Below, piece by piece: positions 27,997 to 38,386 of a stretch of DNA of 63,827 bases (positions are counted from its first letter, which is position 1; every line of letters begins with the position of its first letter). Source of the DNA: Mustelus asterias (lineage: Eukaryota); NCBI RefSeq assembly GCF_964213995.1, contig NW_027590659.1, positions 124,001 through 187,827 on the forward strand, given 5' to 3'. Both the position numbers and the translations under genes were made by a program. The notes under the pieces were generated by a model that was given only the letters and a program-made list of their open reading frames with translations, did no database searches and had not been told where the DNA came from.

Positions 27997-29832
27997 GGGC
28001 AGAGATTACTGATACAAGACCCAGATTGTAATAACAGAGGGAGGTTTAGGGCAGAGATTACTGACACCAGGCCCAGAGTGTAATAACTGAGAGAGGTTTA
28101 GGGCAGAGTTTGCTGAATCAAGGCCCAGATTGTAATAACTGAGAGAGGTATCGGGCAGAGATTACTGATACCAGGCCCAGATTGTAATAACTGAGAGTGG
28201 TTTAGGGCAGAGATTACTGATACAAAGCCCAGATTGTAATAACTGAGAGAGGTTTCGGGCAGAGATTACTGATACCAGGCCCAGATTGTAATAACAGAGA
28301 GGTTTAGGGCAAAGTTTGCTGAATCAAGGCCCAGATTGTAATAACTGAGAGAGTTGTAGGGCAGAGATTACTGACACAGTGCCCATATTGTAATAACTGA
28401 GAGAGGTTTATGGCAGAGATTACTGATACAAGTCCCAGATTGTAATAACTGAGAGAGGTTTAAGGCAGAGATTACTGATACAACGCCCAGATTGTAATAA
28501 CTGAGAGAGGTTTCGGTCAGAGATTACTGATACCAGGCCCAGATTGTAATAACTGAGAGAGGTTTCGGGCAGAGTTTACTGATATAAGTCCCAGGTTGTA
28601 ATGACTGAGAGATGTTTAGGGCAGAGTTTACTGATACAAGGCCCAGATTGTAATAACTGAGAGAGGTTTAGGGCAGAGTTTACTGAATCAAGGCCCAGAT
28701 TGTAATAACTGAGAGAGTTGTAGGGCAGAGATTACTGATACAAGGCCCATATTGTAATAACCGAGAGAGGTTTCGGGCAGAGATTACTGATACAAGGCCC
28801 AGATTGTAATAACCGAGAGAGGTTTCGGGCAGAGTTTACTGATACAAAGCCCAGATCGTAATAACTGAGCAAGGTTTCGGGCAGAGTTTACCGATTGAAA
28901 ACCCAGATTGTAATAACTGAGAGAGGTTTATGGCAGAGATTACTGATACAAGGCCCAGATTGTAATAACTGAGAGAGGTTTGGGGCAGAGTTTACTGATA
29001 CAAGGCCCAGATTGTAATGACTGAGAGAGGTTTCGGGCAGAGATTACTGATACAAGGCCCAGATTGTAATAACTGAGAGAGGTTTAGGGCAGAGATTACT
29101 GATACAAGTCCCAGATTGTAATAACTGAGAGAGGTTTCGGGCAGAGTTTACTGATACAAAGCCCAGATTGTAATAACTGAGAGAGGTTTCGGGCTAAGTT
29201 TACTGATACAAAACCCAGATTGTAATAACTGAGAGAGGTTTAGGGCAGAGATTACTGATACAAAGCCCAGATTGTAATAACTGAGAGAGGTTTCAGGCAG
29301 AGTTTACTGATACAAGGCCCAGATTGTAATAACTGAGAGAGGTTTCGGGCAGAGTTTACTGATACAAGGCCCAGATTGTAATAACTGAGAGAGGTTTCGG
29401 GCAGAGATGACTGATACAAGGCCCAGATTGTAATAACTGAGAGAGGTTTCGGGCAGAGTTTACTGATACCAGGCCCAGATTGTAATAACTGAGAGAGGTT
29501 TCAGGCAGAGATTACTGATACAAGGCCCAGATTGTAATAACTGAGTGAGGTTTCGGACAGAGTTTACTGATACAAGGCCCAGATTGTAATAACTGAGAGA
29601 GGTTTCGGGCAGAGTTTACTGATACAAGGCCCAGATTGTAATAACTGAGAGAGGTTTCGGGCAGAGTTTACTGATACAAGGCCCAGATTGTAATAACTGA
29701 GAGAGGTTTCGGGCAGAGTTTACGGATACAAGGCCCAGATTGTAATAACTGAGAGAGGTTTAGGGCAGAGATTACTGATACAAGGCCCAGATTGTAATAA
29801 CTGAGAGAGGTTTCGGGCAGAGTTTACGGATA
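27997..29832 (+). repeat. 52-bp minisatellite, ~35 copies (copy 2)
   Basis: Same unit as 3030-4657, about four units longer. Confidence 0.97.
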
Positions 29833-32800
29833 CATGATCCCGGCAGGATTTACTGTTTGATAATCCAGCTGTTTGGCCCCGTTATGAGCACACCTTCCAT
29901 GGCCATCAAGTCCGGAAGTCGGCCTTGAACCCTTGAAGAATGAGAGGCGATCCCATTGAAACAGACTTAAAATTCTTCCAGTGTGTGACAGGGTGGATGT
30001 AGATTGGATGTTTCCCCTGGCTGGTGAGACTAGAACCAGGGGACACAATCTCAGAATCAGGGGCAGACCATTGAAGACTGAGATGAGGAGGAATTTCTTC
30101 ACTCAGAGGGTGGTGAATCTTTGGAATTTTCTATTCCAGGGGGATGTGGAAGCCCAATCATTCAGCATGTTCAAGACGCAAATCGATTGTGTNNNNNNNN
30201 NNNNNNNNNNNNNNNNNNNNNNNNNNNNNNNNNNNNNNNNNNNNNNNNNNNNNNNNNNNNNNNNNNNNNNNNNNNNNNNNNNNNNNNNNNNNNNNNNNNN
30301 NNNNNNNNNNNNNNNNNNNNNNNNNNNNNNNNNNNNNNNNNNNTGTGTTTATTACTGTGTGCGTCTGAGTGTTACTGGGTGAGAATATCTGTTTCTCTGT
30401 GTTTTCATAGAATCCTAGACTCCTGCAGTGCAGAAGGAGGCCATTTGGCCCATTGAGTCTGCACCGACCACAATCCCACCCAGGCCCTATCCCCATTACC
30501 CCATGCATTTACCCGAGCTCGTCTCCCTGACGCGGAGGGACAATTTAGCACGGCCAATGCACCCGAACCAGAACGTCTTTCAGACTGTGGGAGGAAACCG
30601 GAGCACCCGGAGGAAACCCACGCAGACACGGGGAGAACGTGCAAACTCCGCACAGACAGCGACCCAAGCCGGGAATCGAACCCGGGTCCTTGGCACTGTG
30701 AGGCAGCAGTGCTAACTGTGTGTTTGATGCGTGTGTGTGTGTTTGTGTGTGTGTGTGCGTTTATTGTTTGTGTGTGTGATTTGTGTGTGTGCTTTTTGTG
30801 CGTGTTTTATGTGTGCTTGTGTGTGTGTGTTTTGTGTGTGTGCGTGCTTTGTGTGTGTGCGTGTTTTGTGTGTGTTGGTGTGTGCGTGTTTTGTGTGTGT
30901 TGGTGTGTGCGTGTTTTGAGTGTATTGGTGTGTGCGTGTTTTGTGTGCGTACGTGCACCATGATCTGTTTGAATGCTGGCGCAGGATCGATGGGCCAAAT
31001 GGCCTACACCTGCTCCTATTTTCCTTTGAGATTTAAATACATTGACACACATGCACGCTGACACACACACACAGAAAGATATACACAGTGTGGACGTATT
31101 TATTGACCACTTAATGTGACTGAATGCTACACATCCCAGTTTACCAAAGACACACAATATTCAGCAGCATTGTAAACAGCGCAGCTGGAAACATCAAATT
31201 GGGGATTTGGTTTGAAAAAGGGTCAAAGCCTCTCTTGCTAAAGGCTGTTTGTCTATATTGTGCTGACTGTGATACACTGCCATCCTCTGCTGCCTGCTGG
31301 ACATTGCTCCAGCCGCAGAGAGAGTGAAGTAGATCAGAAACTCACTGGGAGAGAATGCAGCTTCACACAGTATCCATCCAAAACGACAGGAGCATCAGCA
31401 ACACACACAAGCTCCGTGTGGAGACTGAGAGGGGCTCAGTGTGGAACACAAACCTTCACACTAAACCTGGAAGGACATTGATGAAGAGTTTAAAACAAAA
31501 CTTCAGCAAATGTTTTGAAACATTTTGGTCCGTGGAAAAGTGCAGTGTGTAAAAAGCTGAAGATGTTTCCATTTCACATCTTCCTGCTTTGGGGAAATGG
31601 GAGTTATCTTTGCATTTACAAGGATATGGGGAGGGAGGTGTTTGAATGGACATTCAGCTTTTTGGGTGATTAAAGTGTTAATTTGTTTCCAGAAGCTGTT
31701 TACAGTGATTGTCCCGAGAGATTGTATTGTTTCAGTGATGTCGACGTCTCCAATACTTCAGACAGAGGAAGGAAGCAATATACAAAAGGAAAGATAGGGG
31801 GAATCACTACATTGAAGGTGTGAGGCCTCATCACTCTCTGTCTGGTTTTGTTCTGAAATCTTTACATTTTTAAACACTGAAACCTCTTGCCCTTGTTGGG
31901 AATATCACGGCGGTTTGAGTAAAAGCAAACACTGATCCCACACTAAACACCCCCCCCCCCAACACAGGACTGAGCAGAGAGTGTGAAATGTGACTGGTGT
32001 CAGAGTGGATTGTCAAACTGACAGAAGGGATTTGAAAAATCTCTAAATGATTCATTGATTAAAAACTCTAACATTAATGTCCCGCATCATAAACATCTGC
32101 TTCATTATTGTATCTTTCTTTTACATATCAAGTGATGGGTTGAATTTTGGACGGTGTAGATTTCCCTCAGCTGATTATTAAGATTCCTGATTGACACAAA
32201 TACAATATCTGCTGTCGGTGACTCCAACAGTGAAATTCTCTCAGTTTATCATTCTGAATCTGTCACTGAGACAATTGTGGGCGGTAGTTCAGTTTTCAGT
32301 GTGAAATGTAGAAGGTAACTTTTGTTGTAATGTAATTGTAGTTAATAGTTTTCCTGTAGTTTAAATCTCAGGTATAAATTAATAACTTTTCTCGTTCCTT
32401 GTTCACAATTGTTCATTTCCCGTGATGTTGAGCTCTGGTTTTCTCTTTCTGGTGTCTGGTACAGCTGTACAGATATTGGGCAGTTCAGAGCGGGGGGGTT
32501 CTGATCTCATTGTGAAGCTCAAAGGTCAGATTCACTTTTGTTAACTTTAAAATCAATTTTCCTGTCAAATATTCTCTGAATTTGTAAATAAATATTGAAT
32601 GGAAAATAAAATCTGACTTTGCCAAACTCTCTTTCTGTATTTCTCTGTTGGTGTGTTTATGTGTGTGTCTCTCTGTCTCTATCTCTCTGTGTATCTGTGC
32701 GTCTCTCTGTGTATCTGTGCGTCTCTCTGTGTCTCTATCTCTCTGTGTATCTGTGTGTCTCTCTGTTTCTATCTCACTGTGTATCTGTGTGTCTCTCTGT

Positions 32801-33856
32801 CTCTATCTCTCTGTGTATCTGTGTGTCTCTCTGTGTCTCTATCTCTCTGTGTGTCTGTGTGTCTCTCTGTTTCGATCTCTCTGTGTATCTGTGTGTCTCT
32901 CTGTGTCTCTATCTCTCTGTGTCTCTATCTGTCTGTGTGTCTCTCTGTCTCTATCTCTCTGTGTATCTGTGTGTCTCTCTGTGTCTCTATCTCTCTGTGT
33001 GTCTGTGTGTCTCTCTGTTTCGATCTCTCTGTGTATCTGTGTGTCTCTCTGTGTCTCTATCTCTCTGTGTCTCTATCTGTCTGTGTGTCTCTCTGTCTCT
33101 ATCTCTCTGTGTATCTGTGTGTCTCTCTGTGTCTCTATCTCTCTGTGTCTCTATCTCTCTGTGTATCTGTCTCTGTATTTCTCTGTATCTGTGTCTCTCT
33201 CTGTATATTTGTATATTTCACTCTGTCTCTGTGTTTGTGTCTCTCTCTTTGTTTCTCTCTGTCTCTATTTCTCTGTATCTGTGTGTCTCTCTGTCTCTGT
33301 ACTTCTCTGGATCTGTGTCTCTCTCTCTGCCTCTGTGTGTATATCTCTCTATGTATCTGTGTGTGTCTCTCTGTCTCTGCATTTCTCTGTATCTGTCTCT
33401 GTCTCTGTGTTTCTCTGTCTCTGTGTGTCTCGATGCTAAGGGCCTAGTATTTCAGGCTCTGACCTGAACCCACAATCTCTCTGACTCTGAGCGAAGATTA
33501 CTACATTGAAGGTGTGAGGCCTCATCACTTTCTGTCTGGTTTAGTTTTGTAATCTTTACATGTTTAAACACTGAAACCTCGTGCCCTTGTTGAGAATATC
33601 ACTGCGGTTTGAGAAAAGCAGACACTGATCCCGCACTAAACACCCCCCCCAACACAGGACTGAGCAGAGTGTGTGAAATGTGACTGGTGCGAATGTGGAT
33701 TGTCTTTTAAAAGTGGGTAAGAAACACTTCATTTTCAAATCTTTACCCTGCTTCTGTAGCGTCTCAGATTCCACCTAATCTGCACATCTTTGGACTGTGG
33801 AAGGAAACCGGGGCACCCGGAGGGAACCCACGCAGACACAGGGAGAATGTGCATAC

Positions 33857-34101
33857 TGTGGTGGACCTCAGTTGTGCCTTTGTCCTATATGGACCACCGT
33901 TGTGTGTGTTTGTCATACCTGGACACATCCCCTTCCAGTTTGGTTCCTCCCCTCAGCACCTAGTATAAAGGTGGCTGTCTCCTCCCCCTTGTTCAGTCCA
34001 GGTCGGTTAATTGTTGGGATCTGCTCCTGATTCTGTTGTGAATAAAAGCCTACACTTATATTGGCATATCGGTAGTCTTTCGCCTTATTGATAGTGCATC
34101 A
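33857..34101 (+). repeat. 5' LTR (TATA box tataaa at 33,965; AATAAA at 34,041)
   Basis: Matches 38,142-38,386; TG/CA termini. Confidence 0.97.
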
Positions 34102-34125
34102 ATTTTATTCACAACAGTTACTAGT

Positions 34126-37100
34126 ATGGAGCAGTTTCTAAAACCCGACAAGTTAGCTTTAGACCCTCAAGAGGTTGGAGCCTCTGATAAATTTGATCAT
34201 TGGTTGGACTGCTTCGAAGCATTCGTCGACACCGCTACGGCCATCGACACCGACGCTGCTAAACTCCACGTGCTCCGCGCCCGGGTAAGCGAAACTGTCT
34301 ATGGAATCTTCCGGGACGCTGCTACTTACGCGGACGCTATCGAACTCCTAAAAGGGCAGTTCCGAAAGAGCCCTAACGTGGTTTACGCCAGACACCTCCT
34401 AACTACCCGCAAACAGCAGCCAGGAGAATCGTGCGCCCAATTTCTGCGCGCCCTGCGAGTCCTCGCCCGAGCATGCGACTGTAAGGCTGTTTCAGCAGCT
34501 CAGAACACGGAGGATCTGATCCGCGACGCCTACGTTGCGGGCATTGAGTCTACATACATCCAGCAGCGTCTGCTGGAACAAGATGACCTAGACCTCCGGA
34601 AAACGGCCACTATGGCTGAAACGTTAGAAGCAGCCTCCCATAATCTCGGGTCTTACCTTGGATCCCGTTCCACCGACGGCTCCACTGCGACGGCTGCTCC
34701 AGCAGGGCCCAAATGTTACTTTTGTGGCCTCCCTAAGCACCCTCGGCGTCACTGCCCGGCAAAGGACGCGATTTGCTCCGGATGCGGTAAGCTAGGCCAC
34801 TTTGTCAAAGTCTGCAGAGCAAAGCCGCTTCTGAAGACTCGTGGAGCCATGTGTGCTCCGAGGGCGCGGCCATCTTTGATGCAGGCGGCGGCTGCGCGCG
34901 AATCGCCATCTTGGATGCGGTCACCGGAAGTGCGGGAATCGCCATCTTTGATGCGGTCACCGGAAGTGCGGGAGTCGCCATCTTTGAGACTGGCATCAAG
35001 GCAAGCTGAGCAGGAAGCTTCATCCGTGACGTCATCAGACGGCGACGAAGATGGATTCTTCTTTAATTCAACAGTGGCATCGATTTGCCTGGACCAGTCG
35101 CAGCCACATCAACTCTCCAAGTCCATAATGGAGATCAAGGTAAATGGTTATGCAGAAAACTGCCTGTTTGACTGTGGGAGCACGGAAAGTTTTATACACC
35201 CTCGCACAGTGCGTCAATATGCCCTTCCCGTGCGACCCTGGAGCCAGACCATCTCCATGGCCTCGAATTCTCACTCAGTGGAGGTCCTCGGGTGCTGCTT
35301 GGTGACGCTGACGGTACAGGGCACAGTCTACGAGCGTTTTCGGCTCCTCGTGCTGCCGCGACTCTGCGCAGCTGTACTGCTGGGGTTAGATTTCCTCAGC
35401 CATCATAGAAGCGTCATCCTGCAGTACGATGGCCCTTATCCCCCGCTCTCCGTCTGCAAGGCGCCGTCACGGCAGCGCCCCTCGCGCACCACCTGCAGTC
35501 TCTCGACCCTCAAGATCACCCCCCCCCCGTTATTTGATAACCTCACCCCGGATTGTAGGCCTATAGCCACCAAGAGTAGGCGCTATAGTGCGGATGACCG
35601 GGCCTTCATTCGGTCCGAGGTACAACGTTTGCTCCAGGAAGGGATTATCCAGGCCAGCACCAGCCCCTGGAGGGCGCAAGTGGTCGTAGTTAAATCGGGG
35701 GAGAAACACCGCATGGTGATTGACTACAGCCAGACCATAAACAGGTATACCCAACTAGATGCATATCCTCTTCCCCGTATCGCGGACATAGTCAACCACA
35801 TCGCGCACTATAGGGTTTTTTCAACGATCGATTTGAAATCGGCTTACCACCAGCTCCCTATCCGCTCGGAGGATCGCCCATACACTGCCTTTGAGGCGGA
35901 TGGCCGCCTCTACCAGTTCCTCCGAGTCCCCTTTGGTGTCACCAATGGGGTCTCAGTCTTCCAACGGGCCATGGATCAAATGGTGGACCAGCACGGACTA
36001 CGGGCCACTTTCCCGTATCTGGATAACGTCACCATCTGCGGCCATGACCTGCAGGACCATGATGCCAACCTACAAAAATTCCTTCGTACGGCCACTCTCC
36101 TGAACCTCACATACAATGAGGCGAAGTGTGTTTTCCGGACACGCCGCCTCGCCATCCTTGGGTACGTGATAGAAAATGGTGTCCTTGGCCCCGACCCAGC
36201 CCGTATGCGTCCCCTTATGCAGCTTCCCCTCCCTACTACCCTCAAAGCACTGAGGAGATGCCTGGGCTTCTTCTCCTATTATGCCCAGTGGGTTCCCCGT
36301 TACGCAGATAAAGCCCGTCCGCTCCTAAAATCGACCTCTTTTCCCCTGGCGGAGGAGGCCTGTCGGGCCTTCGATGACATCAAAGCGGACATCGCGAAGG
36401 CCGCGATGCACGCTGTGGACGAATCCATCCCATTCCAAGTGGAAAGTGATGCGTCTGACTTTGCCCTAGCTGCCACCCTTAACCAGAGGGGCCGTCCGGT
36501 GGCCTTCTTTTCCCGGACCTTACAAGGCCCTGAGATTCGACACTCCTCGGTCGAGAAGGAGGCCCAGGCCATCGTGGAAGCCGTCCGGCACTGGCGCCAT
36601 TATCTCGTGGGCCAACGATTCACCTTAATTACGGACCAGCGGTCAGTTGCCTTCCTGTTTAACACCAGGCAAAAGGGCAAGATTAAGAATGACAAGATCT
36701 TGCGGTGGAGGATTGAGCTCTCCACCTACAGATATGACATCATGTACCGGCCTGGGAAGCTCAATGAGCCCCCAGACGCCCTGTCCCGTGGATCATGTGC
36801 CAGTGCCCAACTAGACCAGCTACAGTCCCTCCATAACGACCTCTGTCACCCGGGTGTCACCAGATTTTTCCATTTTGTCAAGTCCCGTAACCTGCCCTTC
36901 TCCCTTGAGGAAGTCCGGACGATTACCAGGCAATGCAGGGTCTGCGCTGAGTGCAAACCGCAGTTCTACCGGCCAGGTAGGGCGCACCTTGTAAAGGCCA
37001 CTCGCGCGTTCGAGCGCCTTAGCGTTGATTTTAAAGGCCCCCTCCCCTCCTCTAACCGCAATGTTTATTTCCTGAATATCATTGACGAATACTCACGTTT

Positions 37101-38091
37101 CCCTTTTGCCTTCCCCTGCTCGGACATGACCACGGCTACAGTGATTCGGACCCTGAACAAGCTCTTCACCCTGTTCGGCTTCCCAGCCTATATTCATAGC
37201 GACCGTGGGTCCTCTTTCATGAGTGATGAGCTGAGGCAGTACCTGCTCGCCAAAGGCGTTGCCTCCAGCCGTACCACTAGCTATAACCCCAGGGGCAATG
37301 GTCAAGTAGAGCGGGAGAACGCAACCGTCTGGAAGGCCGTTCTATTAGCGTTACGGTCTAGGGGCCTTCCAGTCAGCCGTTGGCAAGACGTCCTTCCGGA
37401 CGCATTACATTCCATTAGGTCACTCTTGTGCACAGCGACCAATACGACCCCTCACGAGCGGATGTTTTCATTTCCCAGGAAGTCCTCCTCGGGTACTTCG
37501 CTCCCGGATTGGCTGATGTCCCCGGGACCCGTCCTGCTTCGGAAGCATGTCCGGACCCATAAGGCAGATCCCTTGGTCGAGAAGGTCCAACTGCTCCATG
37601 CTAATCCCCAATATGCTTATGTAGCGTACCCTGATGGGCGGGAGGACACGGTTTCTGTCCGTGACTTGGCACCCGCGGGTGCCCCGGAGGTCACCACGTC
37701 CTTCCGCCCCACGGTCCCTGGTGTCGTCCATTCGGAGACTGCTACGCCTCTTCCTCCCTCAGTCCCTGTCCCCAATGTAGTGTGCCCAGAGCCTGTTGCA
37801 GCCCCCCACCCCCCAGCTCCGGTTCCCACCGTTCCCCACACGCCACCAGGGCCACAGCCCATTCCTCTCGCCCCTATGTACAGCTCGCTTGAGTCGCCGG
37901 AGCCGTCGCCACGCAGTACCCGACGACTGGACGGGACGACGGATCGGTCCGCTTCACACCACCCAGCGCCTTCTCTCGACGCTCACTGTACGGAGCCTGG
38001 GCCGACATCGCTCCCTGCTCGGACGACTCTGCGACCTGCACTACGACGATCGCGACGACGGATCAAGCCACCGGTTCGTCTGGACTTGTGA
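34126..38091 (+). CDS. Gypsy gag-pol polyprotein, 1321 aa, single ORF
   Basis: Two CCHC knuckles (CYFCGLPKHPRRHC, CSGCGKLGHFVKVC); protease LFDCGS; RT (IDLKSAYHQ, PFG, YLDN); RNase H (ESDAS, EKEA, TDQ); integrase HHCC + D,D,E (DFKG, DRG, VER); Pro-rich tail. Confidence 0.97.
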   Translation: MEQFLKPDKLALDPQEVGASDKFDHWLDCFEAFVDTATAIDTDAAKLHVLRARVSETVYGIFRDAATYADAIELLKGQFRKSPNVVYARHLLTTRKQQPGESCAQFLRALRVLARACDCKAVSAAQNTEDLIRDAYVAGIESTYIQQRLLEQDDLDLRKTATMAETLEAASHNLGSYLGSRSTDGSTATAAPAGPKCYFCGLPKHPRRHCPAKDAICSGCGKLGHFVKVCRAKPLLKTRGAMCAPRARPSLMQAAAARESPSWMRSPEVRESPSLMRSPEVRESPSLRLASRQAEQEASSVTSSDGDEDGFFFNSTVASICLDQSQPHQLSKSIMEIKVNGYAENCLFDCGSTESFIHPRTVRQYALPVRPWSQTISMASNSHSVEVLGCCLVTLTVQGTVYERFRLLVLPRLCAAVLLGLDFLSHHRSVILQYDGPYPPLSVCKAPSRQRPSRTTCSLSTLKITPPPLFDNLTPDCRPIATKSRRYSADDRAFIRSEVQRLLQEGIIQASTSPWRAQVVVVKSGEKHRMVIDYSQTINRYTQLDAYPLPRIADIVNHIAHYRVFSTIDLKSAYHQLPIRSEDRPYTAFEADGRLYQFLRVPFGVTNGVSVFQRAMDQMVDQHGLRATFPYLDNVTICGHDLQDHDANLQKFLRTATLLNLTYNEAKCVFRTRRLAILGYVIENGVLGPDPARMRPLMQLPLPTTLKALRRCLGFFSYYAQWVPRYADKARPLLKSTSFPLAEEACRAFDDIKADIAKAAMHAVDESIPFQVESDASDFALAATLNQRGRPVAFFSRTLQGPEIRHSSVEKEAQAIVEAVRHWRHYLVGQRFTLITDQRSVAFLFNTRQKGKIKNDKILRWRIELSTYRYDIMYRPGKLNEPPDALSRGSCASAQLDQLQSLHNDLCHPGVTRFFHFVKSRNLPFSLEEVRTITRQCRVCAECKPQFYRPGRAHLVKATRAFERLSVDFKGPLPSSNRNVYFLNIIDEYSRFPFAFPCSDMTTATVIRTLNKLFTLFGFPAYIHSDRGSSFMSDELRQYLLAKGVASSRTTSYNPRGNGQVERENATVWKAVLLALRSRGLPVSRWQDVLPDALHSIRSLLCTATNTTPHERMFSFPRKSSSGTSLPDWLMSPGPVLLRKHVRTHKADPLVEKVQLLHANPQYAYVAYPDGREDTVSVRDLAPAGAPEVTTSFRPTVPGVVHSETATPLPPSVPVPNVVCPEPVAAPHPPAPVPTVPHTPPGPQPIPLAPMYSSLESPEPSPRSTRRLDGTTDRSASHHPAPSLDAHCTEPGPTSLPARTTLRPALRRSRRRIKPPVRLDL

Positions 38092-38141
38092 TATTGTTTC
38101 CGCTTCACCCCCGTGTTGTTTTTTTAAAAGGAAGGGGTGAA

Positions 38142-38386
38142 TGTGGTGGACCTCAGTTGTGCCTTTGTCCTATATGGACCACCGTTGTGTGTGTTTGTCA
38201 TACCTGGACACATCCCCTTCCAGTTTGGTTCCTCCCCTCAGCACCTAGTATAAAGGTGGCTGTCTCCTCCCCCTTGTTCAGTCCAGGTCGGTTAATTGTT
38301 GGGATCTGCTCCTGATTCTGTTGTGAATAAAAGCCTACACTTATATTGGCATATCGGTAGTCTTTCGCCTTATTGATAGTGCATCA
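38142..38386 (+). repeat. 3' LTR
   Basis: Matches the 5' LTR; preceded by the PPT and followed by the TSD. Confidence 0.97.

Larger units (their letters stand above)
33857..38386 (+). mobile_element. Full-length Ty3/Gypsy LTR retrotransposon
   Basis: TG...CA LTRs at 33,857-34,101 and 38,142-38,386 (245 bp, no difference seen by eye); 5-bp TSD CATAC (33,852-33,856; 38,387-38,391); PPT aaaaggaaggggtgaa before the 3' LTR; PR-RT-RH-IN order. Confidence 0.98.
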
